NCBI GenBank assembly: GCA_033442325.1
Contig: JAWQFM010000001.1
Span: 1,246,745-1,310,744, forward strand
Source of the DNA: Salpingoeca rosetta
Taxonomy: Eukaryota; Protista; Choanoflagellata
DNA: 64,000 nucleotides
Reading direction: 5' to 3'
Both the position numbers and the translations under genes were made by a program. Every line of letters starts with the position of its first letter. The first letter of the stretch is position 1. The notes beneath the pieces are model-generated. The model was not told the origin of the DNA. It was given only the letters and a program-made list of their open reading frames with translations, and did not search any database. Shown here piece by piece: positions 17,460 to 30,600 of the stretch.

Positions 17460-18555
17460 GCGCTGCCACCAACGCACCCAACGACACCCACGCCACGTTT
17501 GCGTGTGACTCCCCGGCTTCCATCGCTGCTCTCCTCCAATACATCGAGCACAGCTCAACGCGCAGCGCACTTCCGGATGCGGGCTGGACAAGCATGCACG
17601 CCCGCAACATCCCCCTGCACACGGCCATCAACAACCTGCCTGGGCGCACGTACCCGTCGCACACACGCACGAGCGAGAGCGGGGCTGGCGGATGGTACTC
17701 CTGCGATGACTTTGACACAGACGAGTATGATGATGACGACGACGGGAGAGAAGAAGAGCGTGACAGCGATGAACATGATGATGATGATGATGGTCACGAC
17801 GGCGACACCGCTGTACGTGGCGGAGCTGGAGACAACGCGACCTGGACAGGACACGCGAACGAACCGCACTCCTATCGTCTGCACCACGGCTGTGACCATG
17901 GAAGCAGAGGAAGCAGTCGTGAACGGTCAACGGATGGCATGGATGGTAATGGTGGTGCGTTCGACGTGAATGCTGCTGACATGCAGTCTGGTGATGATGA
18001 CGATGATGACTATGATGATTATGATGATGAGGAAGACGATGAAGATGGTGCTGCTTACGATGCTGGTGATGGTGACGATGCCAGAGAGGGTGAGCCGGGG
18101 AGTTGGGTGTATGACAGTGACGCTGTGAGCGATGGTGAGCGAGCCCGAGCTGATGAGAGTGATGACGCCAGCGCTGACTCGGAGCAAACGTGGCTGCACA
18201 ATCAAGCCGCTGCGGCGCTTGCATTGTCAACGGCGTCGGCAACACCGCCTTCCATCCCGCTTGTTGGCGAGAGCAAAGCGTTACACACGCTTGTCATGGC
18301 GTGTCCTGACTCCGGCACTGTGTCGGTGTGGGGTACGAGCCCTGAACTTGCCCTGCTCACGCATTTCAACACGCGCACGTGCGACGTGGGCTCCCTGCTT
18401 TGCTCGCCTGTACTATTGCAACATTGCAACCGACGCAGCAGTGCTAAGCCCAGCAATGTCTTGGTCGTCAGGCAAGACGGCGGTGTTTCCTCATCACCAC
18501 CGGCCTCCGCCCGAACATCGAACGACAACGACGACAATGATGCTGATGCTGATGC

Positions 18556-18614
<59 letters not shown>

Positions 18615-21600
18615 CGAGCGTGGGCGATGAGGCTGGCATGTGGCCCACTGCGCGCCGTCCCTTGATTGACCATGAGGCTGCAGCGCTGCTGGAAGCAGGC
18701 CTGCTTGAGTTTGGCGAAATTTTGCATGTGGGTGTGATGGGACAGCCGCTGCCTTTCTTGCCGCTCTTCGTGCACGTGCTGTTCTCTGCGGGCTCCGAGG
18801 GCTCGCTGGTTGCCGTGTTCCGCGTCGACTCTGCACTCGCTTCATTCGCCGAGACGCCAGATGGATACTTTGTGTACGTCCTCGCACCCTGTTTACACTT
18901 GCTGGCTCGTGTGCCACACCGAGACGGCTGCACGATACCTACTACACGCAAGTCTCAATCACATACTCACACACACACACGCACGCGCGCACGCACTCAC
19001 TCACTCACTCACACATACACTTACTCACTCACACATACACTCAATCTAACACTTTTTCCACGTAGTTCGCCCGTGGATCACCTGGAACAAGGACTACGCT
19101 TCCCAACGCTGAGTGCAACTGCATCGCACTTGCAGCGCCGACACGCCGAAGTGCTGCAGTTCTCAGACAAGCGCACGCTGGAGCACGCTCAGTGCGTAGG
19201 CGGGTTTGCTGTGCCCCTTGCACAGGTCTTCGCCTGCTGTGAAACTTGCGACGCAGCAGATGGTAACAGCACAGCTACCAGTGAAGATGGTGATGATGCA
19301 TTGCCGCGTTGTGTGATTGCCATTGGCAACCACGATGAACACGGCCCCTGCGCGGCAGTGATTTCGCTACGCGATGCTCTTCTGCGCAACACGACTGCAG
19401 GAGCAAGGTGGTGCAGCGCGCAGTGGCTGGTTATTCCGCTTCCGGCTGAGTTTTCAGACCCTGCAGAGGGTGTGCGCATCACTCCGACACCCACAGGCTG
19501 CATTGCCCTTGATGCGGCCTCAGGTATTGCCGTCCACGTGCACGCACGGAAAGCGGCATGCCACCGACTCAGCGTTGCAGACCCATCGCTCCGCCTCCCT
19601 ATTGGCGCCGTTCACTTCAACGCTCGCACCTCCGAAGTTGGTGTTGTGGACGCCACGCCCCAGCTCACCACGTTCGCTGTGCCCCCATACCTCCTTTCAC
19701 CAACACGCCGGCACCAGTCCGAAGAGCCCCTGACGTCCCTTGCACCGAGCATTGACCAGGTGCCCTCGCTGATTTCGCCGGTTCAGCTGCTCCCGAAGCA
19801 CGCGAGCGCCCCTCACATCATCGCCACCACATCAGCGCCTCTTGCACTGGCGCATACCTGTGCGACCGATGCCGCGAGCAACACCGAGCCTGCTCTCGAT
19901 GCCGGTGTCTCGTCGTCCCTGTGCCTGCACGACCTGCCGCCCGCGTGGCCGCCGCCTCTGCGTGCCGGCATGGTCTGCGTTGGCGGTGATGCTGTGGTTT
20001 CTGCGGGTGCAGGTGTTGAACCGCCACGTCAACCGCCATCACCGCTGTCCCTGCCACCGCAATCATCGCCATCCCCTTCATCTGCCTCTTCTTCGACGCC
20101 TGTGCAGGCTGTGCAGACGTTTGCCGCCCCTGTTGAATTCGTCTTGAATGGCGACAACCCCTTGCGTGTGCGCGCAGCACCATCGCTGGACGCAGAACCG
20201 CTTGGTGTTCTTCGAAAGGGCGGGGTGGTGCACGCCGTCGCACGTGCAAGCGGGGACTGGCTGCAAATCCAATATGCTGCCAAGACCAAAGGCAAGAAAA
20301 AGAAGAGCAGGAAGAAGACCAAGGCCCAGGGCACCGAGGAGCCCGTGGCCCTGGCTTGGGTGAAGCAGTTTGCCATCACACGACAGGGCCTCACCACCAA
20401 GACGCTCAGGCGCACCAATGAGCCACGTGAGTCCTGTCTGCCTGCCTGCCTTGCACATGCGTTCCCTCTCATTGTCACATGTGTTCCCTCTCCTTCTCGC
20501 CTGTGTTCACTCTCATGCTCACCTGCACACACTACACAGAGCAAGACGATGTCCGGTTGTGTGAAGGCGAGGTGATCGCGAGAGTCGGCCACGTTCCAGC
20601 CGGTGATGCCGTGTCCGCAGCGTTCCACGTCAAAGCGCGTGGCCAAGTTACCAGCTGTCGCGTTCACGTCTCTGTGAGGCGATTGCTGGCCTGCTCCGAG
20701 GCACAGGATGTTGCTCGTGTGGAGCAGAGCTCCGTTGTACTTGTGTTTGAACCAGCATCTTCAGCGCCAACACAGCCAAGCGTCCTTTGCATTCCTCTGC
20801 AAAAGTGCCAGCTGCTTGATGTACGTAGCAGCTCTGTCGATCCCAACACTATGTTTCTGTGTGTGCATGCACTTAAAGCATTTTGCGGTGTGCAATCGCA
20901 TCAGGCGTGCGCCCAGTGTCGCCCTCTTGCATTCTTCCCCAGTTGCCCAACACACACACACACACACACATACACAGGCACACGCACACACACACACACT
21001 CTCTCCCTACACACACACACACGCACACACGCACGCACACACATACACACATACAGGCACGCACACACACACACGCACCTACACACTCTCACAACACACA
21101 CACACGTACGCCTTTTTTAACTGCACTGTGCATCGTCCCGTGATCATCCCTGCTGACGCCTTGTGTTTCGGAATGATGCTGGGAATACAGGGTCCCGATG
21201 ACACGTGGATGGCGGACGTCCTGTTTTGCCCGCTCGAACATGGCGTTTCGGCCTGCACCCGGGTGTTGCAGGTGCACGTGTGCGGGCCTGCTGCGACCCA
21301 GGTTCGCGACGTTCGCCTCGGTCTCCTTGCTGCACAACGCCCCCTGCCACAACCGTACGCTGCCGACGTGTCCACGCTGGTTGGCGATGGTATCCTTGGC
21401 ATCACAGGCCTGACCTGTGACGCCCCGGCCCAGCTCTCCCACGCCGCGCGTATAATGAAACACAGCCTTCACCTGTTTGTGTGCGCGCCACGTGTTCTGA
21501 TGCAAGAAAGCGCGCTTCGGCGGCTGCTTCGTGATGGGTTCATCACCAACCCTCACCCCGGCCTCAGCCCCGTGCCAGCGATAGCCCGCTGCGCCGTCCA

Positions 21601-24600
21601 CGCCGCCCCTGCGTCCTCCAAGCAGGCACGCGATGCCATTGCGGCGCAGTTGCTTGCGCTGTTGCCGGACATGCAGCAGCACGCTGCCACTTGCACACGT
21701 CTTCAGGAGGCACTCGATCTTCTCTTTGAGTTTGGCAGCGCCAACCCGCGTGCGCTTGTCTGCGCGGCGATGCGCGCCCTTCTGCGCGTCGCACACGACA
21801 TGCTTGAGAGGCACAGCGCCAACGCCGCCATGTATCATGCGCTCCATGGCATGTGCGGCAAAGCTGCGCCCGTGCTCGAGCCGATGCTCTTCTCCCTGGA
21901 CCGGCTCACCCTGCCCCTGATCACCACAGATGACAAAGAACCTCACTCCCCGTCAACGCCAACCGCACCAACAACAACGACAACGAGCAACAACACTGCC
22001 GACAGTGCTGCTGGCCAGCGTTCACACCAGTACCACCCAACGCCGCATCGCACCAGTAAAAGTGTTGGCTCGGCGTGCCCGCTGCCCCTGCGCGTGTGCT
22101 CAAGCCTGTCCACGCAAGGCGTCACCGCAAGCGCCCCAGAAGGCCTCGACGCCACAGTTTTCCAACGCTACAGGGTGGATTTCCCCGGCGCACATCGGCA
22201 AGCATCGGCGGTGGTTGAGGTTCCACACGCTGTCGTGACTGGCCTCGTCATATCGCTGGCTGCAAACGACCGCACCCTGCGCATCACATGCACCGGCGGC
22301 CCCACGTTGACCGAGATCACGCTCGTGCACATTGGCACATTCACGCTTGATGAAGTCGACAGCACAACGATCAACGCCGACCTCGCGTTGACGTGCCGCT
22401 TTCTTCAATTCCAGTGCGATACCGTCACCCCTGCAGCCCAAGGCGCTGCCGGCGACGACGTGGGCAGCCCGGACCCGTACCGCACGCCCCCAGACCGTGT
22501 GTCCTATGTGCATGTTGGCAAGGGTTCTGATGGCTCCCTCACCGTCACGCCTGTACGCGCTGCGTCATCCAAGCCGAACATGCACCAGAACCTTACCCAG
22601 GAGCAAGAACGCCAGACACGCAGCCCGTCGCAGCAACAGCGGCAACAACACCAAGGGCTTGATGGCGTCTCAGCTGCTGGCATCGGTGCGGGATTTGGCA
22701 TGCACGCTCCCGGCGCAAACTTGCCCGGGCTACCTTCCCTGTTCCCTGCAAAGGCTGAGGATCCACCGTTTGCGCTGTTTGTGTCCGTATATGGGCACGT
22801 GCTGCTACAACCAGTGCCTTCTTCTGACCCGGTGCCTGACGGTGGCGAAGAAGAGCACAGCAAAAGCAGCAGCAGTAGTAGCACCAGCACCAGCAACAGC
22901 AAGACTCGGCCGCGTTGTCCAGCCGACGGCGGCGCCCCACGGGACGTTCACCTGGCAGAAATAGCCCAGGGTGTTGCTTCAGAACTCGAGGCTCGCGTGC
23001 GGGCTGCACAAGCCGCGCTGCAGCGGAGCCAAGCCAGCCTCTCCTCTGTCATGCTTGCTGCTTCACGCGCCCCAACCAGCAACGAACACGTGCAGCTGGA
23101 GGAACACATGCACATGGGCAAGCTGGCATACACAGCGTGTGTTGAGCGGCTAGCGGACGTGTTTTGCCTCTCGTCAACCCTGAAACATTTCCTGCGCAAC
23201 CACCGCAACCTGCTTGCCGCAAGCACCAAGGCAAGGCTGGTGCTGCCCACACCTGCATTTGATCGCAACTCTCGCTTCGCACACGCTGTGCTGGATCGCC
23301 TGCTGCAGCTACTGCCGGCACGAGTGCAGCAGCACGACGAGAGCTCACGACGCCCCACGGTTCCTGGTGAAACACAACGGATCTCACCCGACATGGATGC
23401 CGACACTGCTGAAGGCGGCGCTTTGTGCACGCTTACCGTTGATGAGGCGGTGCAGCTGTATTTTGGGCTGTGCTTGCAGGCATCGTCGGCAGTTGGACAA
23501 GCTGTGGTGGACGTGCTGGTGCGAGCCGTCTCCTTTTCCGTTGCCGAGTGGAACAGGCTGGTCCTTAACATCTTGCAGCAAGCACCAAACCACAGCCTGA
23601 GCCGCCGCATCGTCAACGACGCCGTGTGCTTGATGCAGGCAAGAGGCCTCGCTGACACCTCCGTGCACAACCGCCTTCTCCAGGATCTGCTTGATGACGT
23701 TGAGCGCGCGGGCGTCTCCGCTGCACGCCGATACCTTCCTGGTGCACTGTACGCGTTCACCCAGGCCATGCCGCGGCTGGAGGGGCGACGACGCTCACGA
23801 CCCGACGCTACGCACCCCTTGCCTGACAAGCATGCCACGCCGCACTGCGGCAACCTGCCCTGCGTCGTTGTCACTGAGCAGAACACCCACCGCCGTGCTG
23901 CCCTGTACGCTGCGGCGCATGCAACCGTGACAGATGCGATGGCTGCGCTGCGTAACATTTGGGAGGTGAACGACCAAACCACCGTATCGCTGACGATGGC
24001 TGACGAGCACGACCTCAAAGGCGACGAAACAGTGTCGTTTCTGCTGCAGCGACAGCACCAGCAGGCGCATGCGCAGCACGCAACCCACAGCGATGGTGAT
24101 ACACACGGCCCGCTGATGCTGTTCCTTCGTGCTCGCTGCCATGTGGCCATCCCAGCTGCTGCGACTCACTCACCAGCAGCCAAAGCGGCCGCAGCAGCAG
24201 CGTCAACCATGGTCGCCTCGGGCATGGGACGAGCCACGACCAAGGGCGCCGCATCAACACATGGCCGCGCTGGTCGCATACAGCCCGCCACAACCCTGCG
24301 TGCACGCTATTCTTTTGTGGGTGAGTCAGCCATTCCCCTCTTCAGGGCCGTGCCCGCCGCTTCTTTACGTGGCCCTGCACTCAATGCGCCATCAACCGCA
24401 TCATCATCGTCATCCTCTCCCTCCTCCTCCTCCTCCTCCTCCTCCTCCTCCTCCTCCACGGCGCCAATCGTTGGGCAAGTGGAACCCGGCGACGTGCTGC
24501 GTGTGCTTGTGTGTCAAGGGTCATGGATGCGCGTGGAAGTCAAGCGCGCCACAACGCCAGGGCTGGTTGACGGCTGGCTGCCCATCAGCACGGCAGCGCC

Positions 24601-27600
24601 CATGCTTCGTGTCGTTCACACGCGAGAGCGCATGCAGTGGTTTGTCGTCACGCAAGCCGCTGCACCCGCGCTTGAACTGAGGAATGCTGCGCGCATCACG
24701 GCGCCAGTGCTTGCTCGCATGCTGCCGGGTGATATCCTGCATGTTCGCCGGGTTGTGTCCGGCTGGGCCGAGGTACCCTGGGGAGCACGCACGGCATGGG
24801 CGCCCCTCGCCTTGGAAGCGGTCCAACAACGCAACAAGAACGCTTCCTCTGAGGAGGCAGCCACACCTGCAGACCTGACTGTCGGGGCGAGCCGCTCCGC
24901 CACCAGCAGCATCGGCAAAAGCGGTGGCAGTGGGAGCACAACGACACGAGGCAGCACGCCGCTGCTCAAGCCCAGGTCAAAAAGCACGGATGCTGCCGGC
25001 TCACTGTGGTCAACGCACCTCGTACTGAAGGTGTGTCTGACGCGGGAAAGCGGTGCAGCCCGCCATCGCGTGCCCTCTAAAGCTTCCGCCAACACACCAT
25101 CGGCCACCGGCCCATCAGCAGTGAACCCGCAGGACAGAGACACGGCCAGAGACAGGACAGAAGCGCCACCCTCCGCGTTTGAGCACCCACCTCGCCCTCA
25201 CGAAGAGCTGCACGAGACGTGCGTGTCAGCGTTGATGACTGTTGCCGCGTTCTTGTTGAGGCTGTGCGCTGCGCATGGGCTGGACGTGGCGAATATGGAG
25301 GTTGTAAACGAGGGCGGGCGCGTGCTGCCCGGGTGGCTGACGTTTGGCATGCTGCGTCTCGCAACAGGGGATGTGCTACACGTGCGTCCCCGCCCGGCCA
25401 TCCGCCAACAGGAAGCGATCGTGGATCCGTTTGTTGCCGTCATCCTTGCAGTTGATGCTCCAGTGCACAGCGGTACAGACGCGAGTGCCACCGGGCAACC
25501 CCGCAACGGCGCTGCTGGCCCGCTCTCTTCCAGTGAGGAGCATGGCATGTACGTGGTGCGCCTGCTTCGCACCGCGTGTGTATACTCCGCGTGCGACTTG
25601 CTGCAGTTTGCACACGGTGATGCATTGCCTGCCGCCGTCCTGACTTGGCGTGGGCGCGTGCTCAACGCACACGACACGCCGGCCTCCCTCGACATGTGTG
25701 ATCTTGCTCTCGTGCACGTAACGCGGACCGCCCCCTCTGACAGGAACGTCATTCATGGTTACGACAACCTGAAAATCAGCAACAAAACAGCAACAGCAGC
25801 AGCAACAACAACAACAACAACAACAACAATACCGGGTCATGTGTACGGTCGCCATGAATTCCGTCGCACACGAGCCCCAATCGCTGACGAAGAAGCCGGC
25901 TCTGGCCTGGCCCATGCCGCCGATCGCGTTGGCAGCGTTGGCAGCAGTGACAGCGCCATTGTTGCTCCTGCCACTGTTCCTGACCAAGCCGAAGCTGGTC
26001 CTGTGCGCGTGTTTGCGTTGATGGCATCAAGCGCGCTCTTGCAGCCGCTATCTCGAGACGTGTTGCTGTTGCTGGCGGACCTGCTCCAGCGCATCAGCGG
26101 TGGGTGCTCCTGGCGATCCATCATGTGGGTGCTGACGCATGATGCCATGCCACGGTTCTTGCGCGGCATTGCACAGAGCGAGGACGAGGATCTGCAAGGG
26201 GCAGTGGCCTCGTTGCTGTCGACCCTCTGCCGCGCCGTGCAGCCGCCGCTTGCTGACCCGCGGTGCAGTGACCCTTCGGTGGTGCAACTCCTACACCCGG
26301 TGCCGCTGCACACGCACTACGCGCTTGTGCAGGATGTTGTGTACCAGTACCTCCGGGCCTGTTCCCACTCGCGCCTGGTGTCGACGAGCGCGCTGCCGTT
26401 CCTGTTGAACGTGCTCATGCCTTTGCACGACCGAGGCGCGCCACTGCGCGTGGACTGGCACGAGCACACGCTGCTGCCGTCCAAGCCAACACAGCAGCAC
26501 CGGCCGTGGACGTGCATCTCCTGCCGCAGCGAGCACTCGGGCCTGGCCCGCGGCGTGCCCCGGTTCAGTTGCGCCAAAGGATGCGACTTCCACCTCTGCC
26601 CCAGCTGCATCCCGTACGGCCCGCCCGACCGCCCCGGACCCGTCATCTCCGCCGGTGCCCTGGACACGCTGTTTGCGGCGCTGTCGCAGAGCACCGCGCG
26701 CCTGAATGCGCCAACGGATCACCAGCTGCGCATCATTGCGTTCAGCCTGGCACAGCGCGCGGACCCTCAGGAGGTCGCCCGCAGCCGCGCCTTTTGGCAG
26801 TGCGTGATGAGCTGTTGCCAGTCCCCGGACGAGGCGTTGTCCCTCCACTTGCGGTCGGTGATCCGCACAGCTGTTGTGCGCCTGCTTGGGGTACAGGTGA
26901 TTTGCCTGCAGGCAATGCAGTCGCTGCTGCGGTGCGTTGCCGAAGCTGTCCGGCGCCTGCAAGACCGCGGCTCCATGCTGCTGCTTGACCTCGTTCACTG
27001 CGTGACGCTGCCTGCGTCCACACGCGTCCTGCTCACGGCGCCACCGCTCCTGCGCCTCGTGGTTCGATGCGCCGTGGCCGTGCTTGCCACCCAGTCGCTC
27101 GCCGTGGAGACCACCTCCGACACCTTTGCGAGGTGGAAGGTGGCCCTGCTGCAGAATGTGCACCAAATCCTGCGCAGCGTCATGCAACGCGCCACCACCA
27201 CCTTTGTTCGAGACCTTTGGACCTGTCAGCGGTGGGCACCGCCGCGCGATGCACCCGCTGGCGATGGTGCTGGCGATGACGTGGGTGAACCTCCCATGGA
27301 CATGTTCTCACCCACGTCTTCACCAGTGCCCTTCAGCACCGAATCCCCAGACCGGCATCAGAGCTACAATGGCGCTTCACGTGCCACGTTCCTGGAGAAG
27401 GTGCAGTTCTTGCTCACGTCCCTCGTGTACCTGAGCCCGCCACCGGCCCACGCTGTGCATCGCGCCCTCACCGAACACACGGCCGCGTCGTTTCCACAAC
27501 ACCAATCGCGCGCTTTTGCTGTTGGATCTGCTGCTAGCGCTGCCGGGCAGGTGGGTGCAACCCTATTTGGGATGGGAGCACCAAGTGCGCAAGTGTCGCG

Positions 27601-30600
27601 GCGCGTGTTGAAGTCCCTCACCGCCAACCGACCTGGTGCGCAGCAGCAGCAGCAGCGGTCGCGGCAGCCGCTGGCAGCCTCCATGGCGAACCTGCAGCAA
27701 TTGCTTCGCGGTGGGCGCGGTGATGGCGGCGAAGGCAGTGCCGGTGCGAGTGCTGAGGATGACGACCTCAGTGGCGTGCGTGCATCCTGGGTGAGGCTTG
27801 GCCTTGGTGATGGCCTTGATGAGGATGAGCCAGGCCAATCATGGGCGACAGACAAAGCAGGCACCGCAGACAGCACGAGCCATGGCAGCGCTGACAGCGC
27901 TCGCCGTATCAGTCTTGCAGGTCAGCGCGTGGAAGTGCCGAAACTGCACGCGTACTCGTCACTTGTGGAAGCAGCACACGCTGCCGCTGCTGCAGCGCGT
28001 GACGCAGACCAACATGGCGCAGACGATACGTCTGTTGGCAACAACAGCAGCAACTACTTGGACGTGCTGCTGTTTGACATGATCCTGCAGCTGATTGGCG
28101 AGGATGAGGCTGCGGCAGCAGCCTGTGTTGGAGTGCTATTCCAGGTGGCCAACGCTCGATTGGTGCAAGTGATGGAGTCGCCGCTCATGTCACTTTTGCT
28201 GCTGCTCCTGCACAAGGACCAAGCTGTGCTCAGCTTTGTGCAACAGCACCGCGGCCTTGAATATGTGCTGTCTCTGCTTGAAGCGGTGCCCGTGGATGCG
28301 ACGTGCATGGTATGGCAACCAGGCACAAGCACCATGGCCGTGCGCCTGGCAGACAGCTTGCAAGCCATCTCTCTGCCAGCGTCCGAGGGCTGGAGGAGCG
28401 GTGAAAGCGCACTGAAGCTGCTACTCTGCATGACAGACCCCGCACGCACGTCAACGACAGCGCGCGATGCCGTTGCGCACAGCCCGTTGTTTCCACAGCT
28501 CCTGCGCCGTGTGTTGTCCCTGGTGCCTGTGCTGCCCCAGACAGCCGCGCGAGCGCTGCAGCAACTGTGCATGTGTTCCCAGTATGGCGCAGCTGAGCAA
28601 GCCGCGTCCGCCTTGCTCACCCGCCCACTCACTGCAACCAACGTCAATGCTCTTCGAGTAATCATGCTGCGGCCGCGTTGCGCGGGACCCGACCCAGGTT
28701 CAGGCGTGCAAGGCTCATCAGCGCCGTCAAAGCAATCAACCACAACGCCCATGCCAGCGGCGGCAGCAGCAGCAGCAGCGACAAACGGCAGCACAGCCAC
28801 CGTGACCACCACCACCACCATTACCACCACAACGCGTCAGTGGCTGCAGGAAGTTGTGTACGCCATTGTGCACAGCGACACGCCGCCATCGGCCAGGTCT
28901 CCACCGTCGCCGACTCCTTCGACAGCAGCTGGCGGCGTGGAATCCCAGCTTGAGCTGTGTCGCGTGCTGCGGGCTGGCATCCACCAGCTGCGCAACACCG
29001 CTGAGGACGTGGCTGCCCTTCGCACCCAACTCCCTCCTCTGCTGCTGGACCCATCAGCCCTGGCCAGGAAGCTCTTGTCGTGGTCTCTCGAGGCCCTTTC
29101 CAGCGCTGGACTTGTTGGTAGGGACGATGTTGAGGCCCCTGGGGATGATGCACGCATGCTCGATGATGCTGCTGATGCTGCAATTGCAGCCGTGTGGACC
29201 ATGCTGACCGTTTCTAGCCAGCAGTCCGCCCCGCTTCCTGTCGAGGGCGAAGCACCACCGCCTCCATCACGCCCATGTCACAGAGGCACAGCCTGCGAAC
29301 GGGACTGTGCTGGCTTGGAGACTGTGTCTGATGCCATACAGTCGTCATTGCTGGCAGCAGGCGCGCTGCACCGCGGAAGTGCGCCCGCCTTTGCCATGGG
29401 TGATTTCGCGTCCGTGGTTGATTATGAAAGACATGTGCGCGAATTGCTTGTGCCGGGGATGCGGGTGCGGCTGCTTGGGTCGGCTCGCACCGCCACGTAC
29501 GAGGTGCCCACGGGCACCATCGGCACATTCGTCTCACACAGCACAGGTGTGCTGTTTCCAGCAGCCACCCGCAACAGCGACAGCCACGGCGACGGTGGTG
29601 AGAGCGTGGGGCGCACGGTGGTTGTGCATCGCGCGTCGATGGCTGACCTTGAAATTGTTCATGCACCGCAGCAGCTGACAGTTGGCGATCAGGTGTTCGT
29701 GGAAGTGTCTGCCATGTCGGACGCGCAGCGGCTGGGGTTTGTATGGCGGCCCTGGTACCACTCCCTGCTCGGCAAGCTGGCCACCGTGGTGAGCATTGAC
29801 CCTGGAAACAGCGTGACCGTCACAGCCGGTGGCATTCGCGCGGTTCTGCCTCCCCACTCTGTGACATTGCTGCCGCAGGAACGCACAACAGGGGTATCGG
29901 CGGCGTCGCTTCACCTGGCAGCCCTGCGTGCATACGTTGGTGCGCTTGCTGCCCTCGCTCAGCTTCCAGTGCATGCTGTACCTTCTTCTCTGCCTGGATC
30001 ACCTGTGTCATCCAACAAGGACAGCGCGTTTGCCGCCTCAGTTCCTGTGGCAGAGTGGCTCGTGGTGACTCTGCTGCATCCCTCGGCGACCGAGAGTGCA
30101 GCAAGCGCGTGCAGGCGTGCGCGGGTGCTCGCAGCCCTGTGCACGTGCAGCCGCGCAGTGCTGGACGCGCTGCTTGATGAATCAAGGCCATACATGAGCA
30201 CGCTCTTCCTGGACTTCGCCAGTCTGTGTCGTATGCATCCTCAACCAGAGAATCACGCTGCGCCCACAGCCACTGACAACACTACAGCAGCACCAGCATT
30301 GGCATGGGAAGAAGAGGAGGAGGAGGAGGAGGAGGAGGAGAAGGAGGAGGAGAAAGTAAAGGAAGGGAAAAACGAAGAACGCGAAGCAGAAAACGACGAA
30401 AGGGATGAGGACGCACTAGCAACAACTGTGACAGGACACCGAAGCGCACAACCCAAGGAGGAGGAGCAAGCGGAAAGACGAGGGGGAGGAGAACGGCCCG
30501 CGCGTGCAGTGTTTGCACTTTCGTTCTTCGCAGCTCAGTGCAGTGCAAATGCACGTGTACGAGCATTGCTGCTGTCTCACTTCTCTGGCGATGACTGTGC

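Noticed and set aside
18952-19065. HTHT-rich coding segment in the BIRC6-like gene
   Set aside because: More likely a 114-nt in-frame intron (CA-rich, ends ..CACGTAG). The donor is weak, so it is left unresolved.
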